A stretch of DNA of 53,822 nucleotides, the filler included, from Jimgerdemannia flammicorona (taxonomy: Eukaryota): the NCBI GenBank assembly GCA_003990765.1. It is 3 parts of 3 records of this genome, joined end to end, with 100 filler letters (N's around TTAATTAATTAA, not from the genome) between each part and the next. Parts side by side here need not be neighbours in the genome. Positions count along the whole stretch, not along the records: positions 1 to 17,878 come from RBNJ01002377.1; positions 17,979 to 35,855 come from RBNJ01002378.1; 1 more part is not named here. One strand, 5' to 3'. This document shows, piece by piece, positions 11,801 to 25,100 of the stretch. Positions within the stretch are counted from its first letter, which is position 1. Each line of letters opens with the position of its first letter. A program made the position numbers and the translations under genes. The notes under the pieces are model-generated. The model saw only the letters and a list, made by a program, of their open reading frames with translations. It was not told the DNA's origin and did no database searches.

Positions 11801-14106
11801 TCTCTAGCAGCTTGACTCCAATTCCAGTGCCAAGTAGAGTGGTGGTCTGTAGTTTGAGGGTAGTATCTTGAATACTGACAAGGTCTATTCCTATGGCTCC
11901 TTCAGTCTTGTATTCTGGGATCTTGGCTTTGGGGTAGAACTTCTTAACCTTGAGGGTGATATCTGGTTCCTGTCTCTCCTCATCATCACTGTCAGCTTGA
12001 AGCTCTAGGGGCTAGTCATCTTCTTCAGCTTTTCTTTTTACTTTAGCAGCTTCTTGCTTGTGTTTCTATTGGTGGATTTTTCTGACTTCACTAATACAGA
12101 ACCAGCAGTCATTCAGGTGTTCAGAGTAATATATCCTAGTACCATGGGAGCATCTTCCTTGAGGGGCATAGTCATCAATGATCTTGTTGTACCACTACTC
12201 ATCTGTGAGCTTGGGTGTCTTGTTCTTGTTCACTGAATATATGAAGACTTCAGTGTCCTCTTCATCTCCTTCCTCTATATCTGGTAGGACTCCTTTGTGG
12301 ACATTGATAGAGACTTGTACCATTCTTCCTCTATATTTGATCTGCATCTTCTGGGCATTGAGGTCAATGATGGTCTTGGCCTTGTGAAGCCATTGGTTGC
12401 TAATGAGTATGTCATAGTTAGTAGTACTTATAATGATCACATCTACTGGAATAGTAGCTCTTCCTATCTTAATGGGAACTTCTCAGATTTTGCTAAGGGG
12501 GGTAGCTCATATACCATCTGCTGTGATATAGACCATCTTAGTGGACTCTTTAATGTTCCAGCCTAGGCAGTCAATTGCCTTCTTGCTCATAAGGCATCCT
12601 CTAGCACTAGTATCAATGATGGCATCAAAGATACAATCTTTGATCTGATATAGGGTATAGGCTGATGTCTTGCACTGATCTTCAGATTCTTCACCTGAGT
12701 CTTTTGATTCTTCTTGTATATTGTGAGCTTCTACAATCTTGTACTCTTGATTCTTGACAGTAGTTGCAAGTCCTACTCTCAACTGCTGTCTGAAGGCAGA
12801 GACTTCAGCTAGCTGTCCAAAAGTAACATTGATCTTCTATTTCTTAAGATTCTTGTAGATATCATACTAGTGGATCTTAGTCTTATGCAGCTTCTGTTCC
12901 TTCTTGCTTTTGCTTTCTCCTGAGACTGGAGTAATGTCTTCAATGATTTGGCAGATAGCTTCATCTAACTCCATATCTTGATCAATCTCCTTAGGTTGAG
13001 TCTTGCTTTGAATAGTGATAGCTGGGGCCTTCTTTGGTCTTCCAACTGGCTTTCTGTTACTCTTCTTATCATAGGGCTTGGACTGGGTTCTGGTACCTTT
13101 AGTAGCAGGGTAGAATTTGAGCTCCTCATAGTATTCTTCATCATCAGTATCACCAATCTCCTTGATGACTACTGCATTGGTTTGTTCTCTAGTCCTGCTA
13201 GCATTGCTTAGTTGGGCTTTGCATCTTGTTTTGATCATACAATTCTTTGCATAGTGGCCTTCTTCTCCACATCTGAAGCATGTAATATTGTATTATTCTA
13301 TAGCAGCTGCAAATCTCTGCACTGGTCTCCTGTTGGCACTTCAGACTTCTCTAACAACATTACCAAGATATGTAGTCATCTCAGTAAACTGCTTAGCAAG
13401 TTCCTCCACTGGGTCAGCTTTGGCTGCCTTGGGGATAGGTAGAGAGGGTTGTCTGTTTACAACTGTAGCAGATATGATACTAGTTGGCTTTGATGACTCC
13501 ATCTTGATGCTAGTTATTTTCTCTATTGAGTGTTCAGCAGGGTGTCTGGCAGTCTAATATCTCCATACAAAGACCACTTTCTGATCAAGAGTTAGTACAG
13601 CTGGGGTAGACTAAATTGCTAGGGCAATTTCAGGGTGAACTCATTTGAGGAAGATTGAATCTGCTATTTGTTCCTTAAGGGCATCACCATAGCTAGCCAA
13701 GACAATCTGGTGGCAGATTTGGGTATATAATGAGTTGGGATCTTCACTGAGCCTCTGGCAGATAGTATTGAGTTAATTCTTGAGAGCTTGCTTGATCTCT
13801 TTAGTATAGTATGTTGTTCTGAGGAAGGCCTTCATATTGGCAAGTTTGGCTGCACTATTATCAACAATAGTGGCTATATTGAACTTATCCCTGGCAGGTC
13901 CTCTGAGGCTGACTTATAGAAGGGCCAATTGTGTATCTATACCAAGAACTCATATGGTAGCAAATTGTTCAAAGTCTTCAATGAAGGTCAGGATTGACTC
14001 TTCAGTAATATATCTATAGAATGTAGAGAGATGCATTTCCATCTTATCTTAAATTCTTGCAGGGGTGACTCTTGTAGTCAGAGTAGTTGTTATAGAGGTT
14101 GTTCAT
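8850..14106 (-). pseudogene. gag-pol polyprotein pseudogene (gag-CCHC-PR-dUTPase-RT-RH-IN)
   Basis: ATG at 14106. CFRCGEEGHYAKNC near 13240-13280, protease IIDTSA near 12610, YIDNV near 10845, integrase near 9400-9800. Confidence 0.9.
11545..11960 (-). pseudogene. dUTPase domain between protease and RT
   Basis: Trimeric dUTPase motifs A.GIDL, RSSLAK, VIDPDYTGEI, DRIGQ and RGEQDFRSTG (consensus RG..GFGSTG). Confidence 0.9.
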
Positions 14107-14141
14107 TTTTCAGCTTGAAAGTGAGGAATTCATCTTGAATC

Positions 14142-14159
14142 ACTAGTCAATGGGCACCA
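14142..14159 (-). promoter_or_regulatory. Primer-binding site of copy B
   Basis: TGGTGCCCATTGAC lies 3 nt inside the 5' LTR end and begins with TGG, complementary to tRNA CCA. The priming tRNA was not identified. Confidence 0.75.
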
Positions 14160-14162
14160 AAT

Positions 14163-15654
14163 TGTCATGTAGTAATCACTGAGTTCTTTAAATATACCAG
14201 ATTCTCTTCAAGATATATCTCTTAGACTAACTCAAGTTTATTATAAGCAAGTTCTTATTGGAGTGCCTTCCTAAGGTCTTATAGTCCTCAAACTTCTTAT
14301 CTTTAAACTATCTTGTTATCTCTTAGATTGCTTATAAGAAATTGTATGTAAGTGAACTAGAACTGACTTTATTTCAGAGGAAATAAGAGGAGTATTTATA
14401 CAAAATATAATTCAATGGTTGCTAAGATATAAAGCTAAATATAAATTCTAATAACTAAAATAAAATGCCAGAACAGGAAAAACTGCTAAATTCCAGGGTT
14501 GACACTAATGGTTGTATAGGTTCAGAATACTGGTATACATAATTCAGTATTATATCAGAATACTGATGCTGGCATAATTCAGTATAACTAAAGAACTTTG
14601 GAGCAGAATATTTAAGACCATAGGGGCTTCATCCTCATCATCACTGAAGGAGATAAGATCTGTGAATTCATCATTATTATATATTTTACATACTTCAATG
14701 TCATATAGGATGATGTCATTACTGATGATGTCATCATGTTCAGTAGTGATAGAAAGGAGGTCTGGGGCTCTCCAGTCTATGAGGTTCTCTTTCACAAAAT
14801 AGGGAATAAATGTGGGGTCTTGGGGAGGTTTAACCTAGATGCTTGGGCCTTAGAATACTGAGATTAATCCTTACAGTAATTGGTCTGGATTGTCCTGAAG
14901 AATAGGATGCTAGAAGTCTTCTACTTCATCACTATTGAGGGTGATAGTAGACTGGACTTCTGTAGCTATCCTGGTTTCTAGTGCATTAATATGATGGGAT
15001 GATAGGTCTCTGAAATCTGAGACTCTAATATACTCTAAGTTGGGGATCAATCATAGTGCATGCCTGAAGATCTGATGAATCTTCTTAGCTATTCTTGCTT
15101 CTTATACATACATATATCCATGGATGTGGCATCTTGAAATTCTTGAGGGCTGGCCTGTGGGAACTCCTGACAGAGGAGGTTTTCTATTTCATACTCCTGC
15201 TATATTTGGAGACATTTGGTAGCAATAGTGATTCTTGTTTCCATTTCATAGTGATAGAGAATATAATGATAAGAGTCACCAGTACCCAGGTTGACACTAG
15301 GAGTCCTTCTTGAGCAGGTCCTCATGGCTCTTCTGATGTCTTGGAACATCCTTTCTTCAACTGAGATGTCTTGGTGGTTTCTTAACCTTGAGGTTTGGCA
15401 AGTAGCAGGTATTTCATTTGTAGTAAATCTTTGAGCTATTTTAGGATTAGTGGGTCTTATTAGTTACTGCTACTACAGTTCCTTGATCCTTCTTTTATAT
15501 TCCTCAAGATATCCATACTGTGGTCACAATGACTCACAGTTGGTCATCATTACTCATCTCATATACTATATGATCTTCTTATGCTCTGATCTGGTAGCTT
15601 GTAAGGAAAGGCTGTCTCCTATACTGATGTCATCATTCTGAAATCACCATTACA
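14163..15654 (-). repeat. 5' LTR of copy B
   Basis: Minus strand TGTAATGG...TGACA; direct repeat of 6977-8481. Confidence 0.92.
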
Positions 15655-16290
15655 ATATATAATAATCAATAGGGATCTTAAAGAGTGTTTAACTATAGTT
15701 TTATATGAGAATAATAATTTTTCCTATATAGTTCTCATCTATAACTCCTTCTACTGAGAGTTCTTTTAGTGCTAGACTGCTGTAATAGTATATTTTCTAA
15801 TATATCCTTTAGGAATTTGAATTCTAATTTCAGTATAGATTTACTTGACTTCTTGGTTGGATACTGTAGCTTCTTCAGCTATATATAGATCATATCTAGC
15901 TACTTTTTGGCTTTCTTTAGTAGGGGTGGTAGCTATTGTCCTTAATTTGACAAAGTCTAATATTTTGATAGTCAGATTATTGAGGTAGTGTAGAGTGATA
16001 ACAGTTGCTTATGTTGTAGTTCAGGGTTTTTGGTTAGGACTAGTGCTAGCCATATGTCCATTTTTCAGCAATAGAAGCATGCTCTGCTTCTTTTAAGTTC
16101 ATTTATTTCTCTTTCAGTAAGTTTCTTAAAGGTGCTTAATTAGATAGGTTCAGGATTTCTAGATGTCCAAGATGTAGATGTGGAGGGAATTCTGGCTGAT
16201 TCATGTTTGAGTTCCTCTTTCTTGGCCATGATTTTCTTTACTGGGTCCATGGAATTGTTTTTGAACTGTATAGGGTATGATCTCTTATGA
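15655..16290 (-). mobile_element. Probable continuation (gag side) of the old Gypsy relic
   Basis: Resumes after the copy B TSD and has the same AT-rich, CpG-free composition. Confidence 0.45.
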
Positions 16291-16332
16291 CAGGTTGTAT
16301 GACGTCACTCATCTTTGAGAAATAACGACCCA

Positions 16333-16789
16333 ATGGTACGACCAAAGGGTATGTTTGTACCGTCTGTCATCGTTCCACTCTCTATATAGTCTGTACCACT
16401 TTTACAAAAATTGGTTCGCAGTATCGTTTACAGCTCCGACGAGACCCCCAAGACCTGGTCCAGCAAACCTCATTGAGCAAGACACCGAAACCAGCTCAAA
16501 CGATACCGCTCCCGTTCTCGTCGGCCTTCCAGTCGAACCGCAGCCGATCATTCCCCTCACCGACCTTCTCGATTTCCTGTGGTCTGACGAGTTCGCCATT
16601 GACGGAGTAGCCATGCGTCAATTCGCCGCCGAGCTATATACTCGCACCGGACAAGGCCCAGCATATTCGGAACGACACCAGTGCGCCACGTGCGGCCCGC
16701 ACATTCGGAATGACGCCGGCCAAATTCAGTGTGCCACGTGCGGATCCCGGCTACGCCGGGCCGGTGGTACCGGACGGATCTGTAACTAA
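16333..16789 (+). CDS. Small two-exon protein (~123 aa) with a C-terminal CxxC-x12-CxxC zinc ribbon
   Basis: Exon 1 16333-16348 (MVRPK), intron GTATGT...TTTACAG 16349-16433, in-frame exon 2 16434-16789 (APTRPPRPG...HQCATCGPHIRNDAGQIQCATCGSRLRR...). The region is CpG-rich, unlike the flanking TEs. Confidence 0.6.
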
Positions 16790-17878
16790 GGCGGTATACT
16801 CATTATATTTTGAGCTCCCTTTCAAAATGCTTTATTTCTCTTCTTTTCATTTTTATTTTTATTTTGCTAAAGTGTGCCAATACGCTTTCCATATACTTCG
16901 TGGCTACATAATCGCCGGTTTTGCTAGATCTCTCGACGTTTTACTCATAAAACAATATATCGGTTCAATAAATTTCGATTGCACGTGGTTATCTAAATAG
17001 TGACTGATAACAACCTTTTCCTCTCGCCATGGTGGCCGAATTCTTTCTATGAGGGAGGCAAACCCCGTTTAAAAAGACAGAACTTGGTTAAGGGCCTTAT
17101 TTGTCTCCAACTCACGCAACCAATGCGAAGACGGTGGTCGGAAAGCATTCGAAATCGCAAACCCCTCGTGAGCGTTGGGGAGATTGATTTATCCGACTCG
17201 GCGCGAGAGGGAAGGAGACGTGTGATGGATTGTCGTTGAATGGATTTAAACTGATGGCCAAACCGGTAAATTTGTCAGCGCTGAAAGCCGAGAAGAACCA
17301 CAAGATACCCATGGTGTTGGCGGAGGGCATGTAGATTTTGCGATGGCCATATTTACAGGGTTATCGAGTAAGACATTGTTGCCTTACTGCTAGAATTGAT
17401 TCTGTCTGTGGTATAACCGACGAATTGGAGCTGTGCTTGGCCCGAGCTCCAATACAAACGTGCCCACCCACTAACGCGATGATTGTGACATGATATTTAA
17501 TTGTATTTATCAAATGATTTATTTGACTCTCGCGTCTATATAGCAATGCTGCAATTTCCTCAGCCTAGCGAAATCAGATGGAAATAATTGCTAGCTCACG
17601 TTTTTGAATTACACACACACACACAAGCACCGTGTTAGAAAATAAAATATCGGCTGCTGCATTATACACTTTGTCATTTTTCGCGCCCCCTTTCATGGAA
17701 ACCGTTTCCTACGGGCGCCTGGCTTTCTGTTCATTTCGAACGTGGAGTATGATGGACACCTCGTAAATAAAATCTCAACATGGGGGGATCGTTTTATTTG
17801 TATCCAATAAATTGTATTGCATTGCATTGCATAATTATATTGGTACTGAAGGATTGAGCGATATTGAGCTGGGGGGGG

Positions 17879-17978
17879 NNNNNNNNNNNNNNNNNNNNNN
17901 NNNNNNNNNNNNNNNNNNNNNNTTAATTAATTAANNNNNNNNNNNNNNNNNNNNNNNNNNNNNNNNNNNNNNNNNNNN
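17879..17978. other. Assembly gap with TTAATTAATTAA linker
   Basis: 100-nt block N44-TTAATTAATTAA-N44, identical to the gap at 35856. Confidence 0.97.
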
Positions 17979-17987
17979 TTATGGCAG

Positions 17988-18060
17988 GTGTACAGAGTCT
18001 GTACGGTGTACAGGACCTGTACAGTGTACAGAGTCTGTACGGTGTACAGAGTCTGTACAG
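17988..18060 (+). repeat. Tandem 18-bp repeat GTGTACAGAGTCTGTACG (x4, imperfect)
   Basis: Directly visible next to the contig edge. Confidence 0.85.
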
Positions 18061-18199
18061 GTAAACAGACCCTTTCTGGTATATCTGGCTATTTATACAG
18101 TTTCCACAGCAAGGGTTGCTGGTTACTAAGCTGAGTGTTCACGTCATCTTGTTCGCGTCATCTGGTTAGGATATGATTCAGGTAGTACGTCTTGGCTTG

Positions 18200-19058
18200 T
18201 CACAGTACTTATAGTGAGGTCTTCTGAGCTTTGATGAGCTTTCTAGCAAATATAGTTCTGATATAAGTAACTGCTTTTTAAGTAATATTGAGATAGGAGA
18301 AGAGATGGCTATTGCAGATAAGAGAAAGAGTGATAATAGTGAACTAGTCAGGTATCAGACTAGTGATGGTCATTGAGGTTATTGTAAATACTATATATAT
18401 CAGTAGAGTCTTCTAATTGATACTGAGTGATTAAATAATAGATATTACTCTTGGTAGCTCTTAGTAATATATAAGATTAGACTTTGATTATTTAGAATTA
18501 TATATTAGGAGACCTAAGGCTACCTAGGTTGGAAGTTTAGATTATACTCAACTAGAACTAAGAGCTGATATAGTACTATAATTGAAGTCTATAAACTTGA
18601 GTAGTAGAGTATTAGGAGTTTCCTTCTATCTTATATATATATAAGTCCTTCATTTACTTTATCAGAGAGAACTAGGTTCTATCTACTACTTAGTATCTTT
18701 TGAGAAGTTTTTTATTTATCTGTCATTCTATTTAAAGTAGTAGAAGTTTTGCTATTTAGCTCTAATATAGTCTTATATATGTGATATGTGATAGAGTTTT
18801 AAGCATATACTTTTAATTATTGATATATATAGTTACTTTCTCTTTAGTAGTAGAAAGAGTATAGTATACAGAATAAGGTATAGATAAACTTTACCCTGCT
18901 ATATCTAGTATAGTAGAGCTACTAGATATATAGCTAATCTAGGTTAAGAGAGTGTAGTATTTAGGGTGAGAATAGAAGAGAGTTTTGGTCTATATAGTCT
19001 AGATTCTCTTTTAATAAAATACTGTAGAATATTAAGTTTATTAAAAATATATATATAT
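18200..19058 (-). mobile_element. Highly degraded retroelement relic (possible integrase C-terminal region)
   Basis: AT-rich and CpG-free, with weak similarity to the GPF/Y region of copy A near 18620-18670. Confidence 0.3.
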
Positions 19059-22000
19059 TGTGACAGTTGATCTAAATTAGGAATATGAATCAGAGGAATA
19101 AATATTTGATTATAGTATTTAAATCTAATTTCCAAATATAGTACAGCCTTACAAATAGCAGTCATTTTACAAATATATAAACTTTACAAATATAGAGATT
19201 TTATAGATATAGAATCTTTATAATTATAGAGATTTTACAAATATAAAGAATCTATACTTGTGAAAGTAACTTATAGGAAATATAGTTATAACTTAGCTAT
19301 CTTATAGTTAGCAAACTTATATAAATATACCCAGTATCTAGAGTGAATAAATCTCAGATCAAAGTAGTTCAAAGCAAAGAAAAAGTAAGAAACTAGTAAG
19401 CCTATAGACAGATATACTTTAAACTCACCCACTATATTCCTAAGACTCTGTAGAGTCAAAAAAGATCAAGTTTCAAGATACAGAAATCTGATATACTCAC
19501 TCAGTTACACATCTACTACATTATAACTTAGTACTCATTGATTAGTAATTCAAGATAAATTTCTCACTTTTAAGCTAAATAATAAACAACTACTACTACT
19601 TAAATAATTATACAAATCAAACCAAGACATCCAGATAAGATGGATATATATGAGACTATCAGTATTCTACAGATATACTTCAGAAGAATCAATCATTATC
19701 TTCATTGATGATTTCAAGCAATATGCTACCATAAGGACCTTGACAGCAAGGTAGTAAGTAGTCTTCATATCCTTCAGTCTCTGAGATCTAGCAAGAGTAG
19801 CATTTACAGTTATAACCTATATGAGAAATGATGATAATACTATACTAGTAGTACAGAAGGCCTGACCTTGAGCCACCTACTATATAGATAAGATCAAGCA
19901 AGTTCTGAAGGATCAGCTCAATACAATATACCAAGAAATAAGTAAAGATTCAAATACATTCTATATCAGAATTTGATATTAGATAATCCTTATAGATTAT
20001 ACTACTGCTATTCAAGATCAAGTAGCCAAGAGCAACCTTATGAAGAGAGTCTACCCAGAGATAGTTATAGCTATCCACTCATTATCAATAGTTCTGGATC
20101 TAGTACAAAAGATTATCTATACTTAGTAATATTAGATAGTCAGACATTTATAAGACTATATAATGGAAAGAGTCACTAGAGTTAGAATTGAAGCACTCAA
20201 GACAACCAGCATAATTCCTACCACAGTGATTAATCAAAACACATCTCAGCCAAAAGCTACTGAATAGTAGAGAAACAGTTATCCCATGGAGAAGCTAGCT
20301 AAGAAGTTGCTAAAATAACTATCTATCTAGAAGGTGTGGTAAAAGAAATTAGAGGAAGAGACCATTGCTCAGTTCAAAAGTTTGCCACTACCTTAGATAA
20401 GAAGAGAGATACCTACTATATTTGTGAAGAAGAAGGCTATTACTCATATAAATATATAAGTGAAACTAAGTATAAGGCTCAGCCAAGCAATACTACTCAA
20501 AATAGGAAATACACTAATACTATTATCTTTAAAGAAATTAGAGAGTCTGATGAAGAATAATAGGAAACCTACCCTGCACAGACCATTAAGAAGGATGTCT
20601 ATAAGAAATCTTACAAGAGACTACTAGGGAGACCTAAGAAGAACTCTGCAGAAAAACAGATAGAGACTGCTACAAAAAGCCAAGCTAAAGAAATAGATTA
20701 AGATATGGAATTAGAACAGGCTGTCTAAGATATCATTCAAGAAACTACTTCAGCCAACAAGGGAGAAAAGGAAAAGAAGCTTCACAAAATCAAGATCTTT
20801 AAGTATGATATCTTTAAGGACCTCAGTTAACAAAAGATCAATGCAACCTTGGCCAGCTAGTGGAAATACTCATATTTAGATAGAAAATGAGATATAGACT
20901 TACCAAGACAACTAAGGAGCAAGGTTGGAAGATAACTGAGACCAAAAATATTCAAGAAGACTTAGGAGAAAAGAGTGTAGACAATCATAAGACCTCTGCC
21001 TATACAATTTATCAGATTGAAGATAGAGTCTTCAAAGCCATTATTAATACAAGAGCAGAAGGATGTCTCTTTAGCAAAAAGACAGCAGACTGTCTAAAAT
21101 TCTCCACTATAAATAGCTGCTGGATTCTTAAGCTAAATGGTCAAGTCTTTAGAAAACTTTTCCAATTGAGCTCTCAAAATATAACATGCAATTTGTATAG
21201 ATAGTTTTACTGATATATATAGCTCAATGTATCTCTGGTTATTTATATACTATTTATCTCTTTACTAATAATATTCTGGCTCAATGTTCACTTCAACTGC
21301 TATTCAATTTACTTACTGAATTTTGTATCATGTTGGAGTTTATATATCTCAAGTCATTAGTTATATGACTGGTTGTTTAGAATGATGGAGAAGTTAGTGA
21401 TCATTTTTACAGATTCTCTATATTTCTTAGCAGTACTCTATTATCTACTGATAGGTTGGCAATTATTCTGGTATTCTTGGCTAAGTTTCCTGGTAGTTTT
21501 TTGTAATGGCAAATTTTAACTGACTGATTTATATCTCAAGTATATAGTCTTGACTTATATTCTGAGTTTCAAGATGATTTTTTGTCAATTTTTGTAGTGG
21601 TTCTTGATATCCTAAGTGGTAGTTATTTTCTTATCTTACTGTGATAGCATATTCTGGTTTTGTGGCAGTAGTAGCAAGAGTGATTCATCTTCTCAATCTC
21701 TGAGCTTTATGCTCTAGATAGATATTTTGATTTCTAGAATCATTCATTCTCTTAGAGATAGTATATTTTTCTATAAACTTTTTTATACTTCAACCCTACT
21801 CTCTAGACTAAAGAAGAAGACCCTCAAGATTTAAAAGAAACATTAAGAGAAGAAATACAAAGCATTAACTATAAATAGAAGACTTATAATAAAACAAAAT
21901 ATCTACCATCTGCCAAATAATCAGATCAAGGAGCTATCCAGGCCCATCAGTTCAAGAACAGATATTCATAAATATCAAAAGAGTAATGAGGTTATATATA

Positions 22001-23434
22001 AGAAGGACCTCTAGTCTGAACCTTTATATAAGAGACTCTTACTACTATACTCTCAACTACTGAGAAATGGAGACAAGAATTACTACTACTACTGAATATC
22101 TTTAGATGTAATAAGAATATAAGCTAGGACATTACCTTCACTAAAAGTTCATATAAGCTAGCTCTCAAGAGATTACAGATACCACATATATAGATAGATA
22201 TAAATAGAAACTGATCAAAAAAGTTCATCAGATCTTCAGACATATACTCTGAGCTATTCATAATCTAGAATATATCAAAGTCTCTGATATTCAAGAATTG
22301 ATAAGCCACTATATAGACTACCTTGAAGAAATGGTTACAGAAGAGGCCCAATCTACTATCATAGTCAAGAGTGATGAGATTCAAGATCTTTGGAACTCTA
22401 TCCTAGAGGACAATCTAGACCAATTCATTTATAGTCTGATTTCACTATTTCAAGACCCTTTACTGAGAGTCTACTATCCCCAGAATTCCACAGATATTTC
22501 TTATTTTGTAGATGACCTCACCATTGATTAGAGACCTCAAGAGCAGAATGACCTCACACTTTTTGATAATATCACCTCCTAGACAACTTGGAGAATGATG
22601 ACAACCCACTTATTTTATTAGAAGATAATATTAATAACTTTCTTTCCTCACTCCCAGAGTCCACCACTGACCCCAGCACAATTGTGGGAGATATAGAAAA
22701 TAATTTGGCCAGACTCCCTAAAGAAAATGAGAAGAAAGATAAGAATGATATAATTCTAGTTACATTGAATTTTGAGATATATAAGGATGGTTCTATTAAC
22801 CAAATTGAGTAAGTTAGTGGTTGTACAAACAGTAACTGTATATTAACTAGTCAAATTTGTCATAAATATAAAATTTATCTTATCTGATTAGTTAGTCACC
22901 TAAATTTCAAAAGTACACTAAATAGTATCTTCTAGTAATTGTGAGTTACAATCAATTATCTAACCTTATTCTTAGTCTAAAAGTTGTATAAATATCCTCT
23001 AATCTGTAGTAAATAAATCTCAGTCAATTGGTTTATGATACCAACTTAAGTTTGAGTATAAAAACTTAAGAATTACTCTTACTACTATCTCAAAAATCAG
23101 ATACAAGACCCTGGAACTCAAGATATAAGTCAAGACTACACTTTTAAGATATAAGTCAATTGGTATCAAATATAAGTTAATTAGTTCTGAAAGACAAAGA
23201 AAGTCAAGTATAAGAACTTTGGGAAAAGACTCTAAGAGTTGAAGGAATTACTTTTGCTACTACTATTATAAAAATTGAATATAAGACTACAGACTATATG
23301 AAATTCAGAATACAAGTCAGCTTGAGTTTATCTGACTAGTAGTAGTATATCACTAAGATCATTATGAGTTATTATGAGTTCAGATGTAGATCATCTTATA
23401 ATCAAGATAAGTTATAGTTGAGTTATAATTTACA
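19059..23434 (+). mobile_element. Diverged, internally deleted relative of the A/B Gypsy family (LTR-like region, PBS, gag, protease start, LTR ORF)
   Basis: 19527-19590 aligns with the PBS and gag start of copy B. Gag and protease homology (HKTSAYTIYQIEDRVFKAIINT) runs to ~21100. The LTR-ORF homologue is at 21899-22812. Boundaries are approximate. Confidence 0.7.
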
Positions 23435-24265
23435 ACTAGTAGCTTGTGAAGTTAAGGCAGTTTTCTGAATTCTAATATCACTGGTTTCAAAAGTATCATC
23501 ACAATATCTGCCAGTCTCTTCATGATATTCTTCCTGTATCTACTAAGGAATCCAGCCTCTCAACCTTCTTCTATAACTCTAGATCACTACTATAATCACT
23601 AGCATTCTTCTCTCTATAAGTTCTGTCTACTACTATATCTCTGACTATATTGAAACCACTCTCAAGAATATCCACTCTTGTCTTTGCCAATACTTGATAA
23701 TCAAGAAGTCTCTTTAATTATTCAATCTACTCCCCTCATACTGTTGGATAATAATAAGAACTAATAATAACTGATATCCACTCTGGCTAATGCTACTTAC
23801 TCTATACTAAATAATCCCTTCAGCTATCAATTTAATACAGTTTGCCTTTTTTACTCCTCATCAGTATCCCAATCTTATTTCTCCAAACTATAGCACTCTC
23901 TCATTCCTTAGTCTAGTTCTGCCCATCCAAGTTCTTCTCTCAATACACATTCTGCAAAAGAAAGAGATTGGCTTTCAATTTCTTCTACCAATTGAAAATA
24001 TTCTGATACCTCTCAGAACTTCTCAAACTATTTATATTTAGTGAGAAAATATTAGTTATACTATTAATAAGAAAAGATAGTTATAGAGTAGACCCAACTC
24101 TTTATAGCTCTATACTTATTATCTTTTGATTCAAGTTTCTACTATACTCTGCCTCTATCTCTGCCCCTTCAACCTCCCTTGTCTCTATCTTGGCCAAGAT
24201 TTCAGCAATTGCCTTATCATTCTTCTTCTCTATCTCCTTTCTATATATCAGATACAACCTCTCTC
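23435..24265 (-). mobile_element. Degraded LINE fragment (ORF1 end and APE endonuclease start)
   Basis: The reverse complement resembles 27200-27700 (CCAATCTCTTTCTTTTGCAGAAT..., GATAAGATTGGGAT...). Confidence 0.6.
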
Positions 24266-25100
24266 CTTTTTTTTTTTTTTTTTTTTATAGTCACTTAGAC
24301 TTTGCTATTTATTACCAGTCTATAGATATAGTTACAGTACCTCCTCCCACTACCCAATTCCTCTAGGGGGGCTCTCCTCTATCTCTTCATACTTGAAAGA
24401 CACCCTATCACCCACTACCTCAACTCTTCCCACACTCTGCCTATAGGTTTTCTCTATCAAACTATGCTGCCAACCATTCTGCAGGCTCCAACCAAGCCAC
24501 TAGTCCATCAAGATGTCCTCCATCAGCCCTTCCCATCTCAGCAACCATACTCTCAATCCTAGACTCCTCCCATCCTTAAAAATAAACAACTAGTGACCCA
24601 CCAACCCCACCTATATAGCTATAATCTAACCTAAAGTGAGCTACTCTATCCCAACCCCCTCTACCAATCTGTACCACAAGTCCTCCCATTGACCCCTCAT
24701 ATCAACTCCCCTATGTACTACACCCAATTACTACCCAACTACCAACCAGAAGTCACTAAGCACCTCACACTCTCCCAGCCAATGTTCAGGCATCTGTACA
24801 AAACCCCCTTTCTGCCTTATATTATAGTACTCCTCACAGTCAAAACTTCTCCCCTTGACTAGATGGTCTGAGTGAAAGTTGAGCATGACATTTCTCTACA
24901 ATATGTACTACTAGACCACTCAGTACTTTGATAGTATCTACTACCTGATCTCAGCACTCCAGACCCAAACCTCATTCTAGTCTCACTTCTCTCTGATACC
25001 CACCTGCTGCTATCTGCCAGGCCACAAATCCTGTCCTAACCCTCTCTAATACTTGACTCTATTACTAATATCAAAGTTGAGTAATAAGATACATCTAATA
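24266..25100 (-). mobile_element. 3' end of an L1/Tx1-type LINE with poly(A) tail
   Basis: A T22 run followed by ATAGTCACTTAGACT... is the reverse complement of the LINE terminus at ~35030-35855. Confidence 0.88.

Larger units (their letters stand above)
6977..15654 (-). mobile_element. Full-length (8.7 kb) degenerate Ty3/Gypsy element copy B carrying a dUTPase
   Basis: Two LTRs (14163-15654 and 6977-8481), PBS, gag with a CCHC knuckle, protease, dUTPase, RT, RNase H, integrase and PPT. ATAT(AT) flanks both ends as a target-site duplication. Confidence 0.95.

Noticed and set aside
17000..17550. Short ORFs in CpG-rich DNA
   Set aside because: No recognisable domain or convincing splice model.
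17879..17978. TTAATTAATTAA palindrome inside N runs (also 35900-35911)
   Set aside because: Artificial contig linker with stops in all frames. Adjacency across the gaps is unverified.
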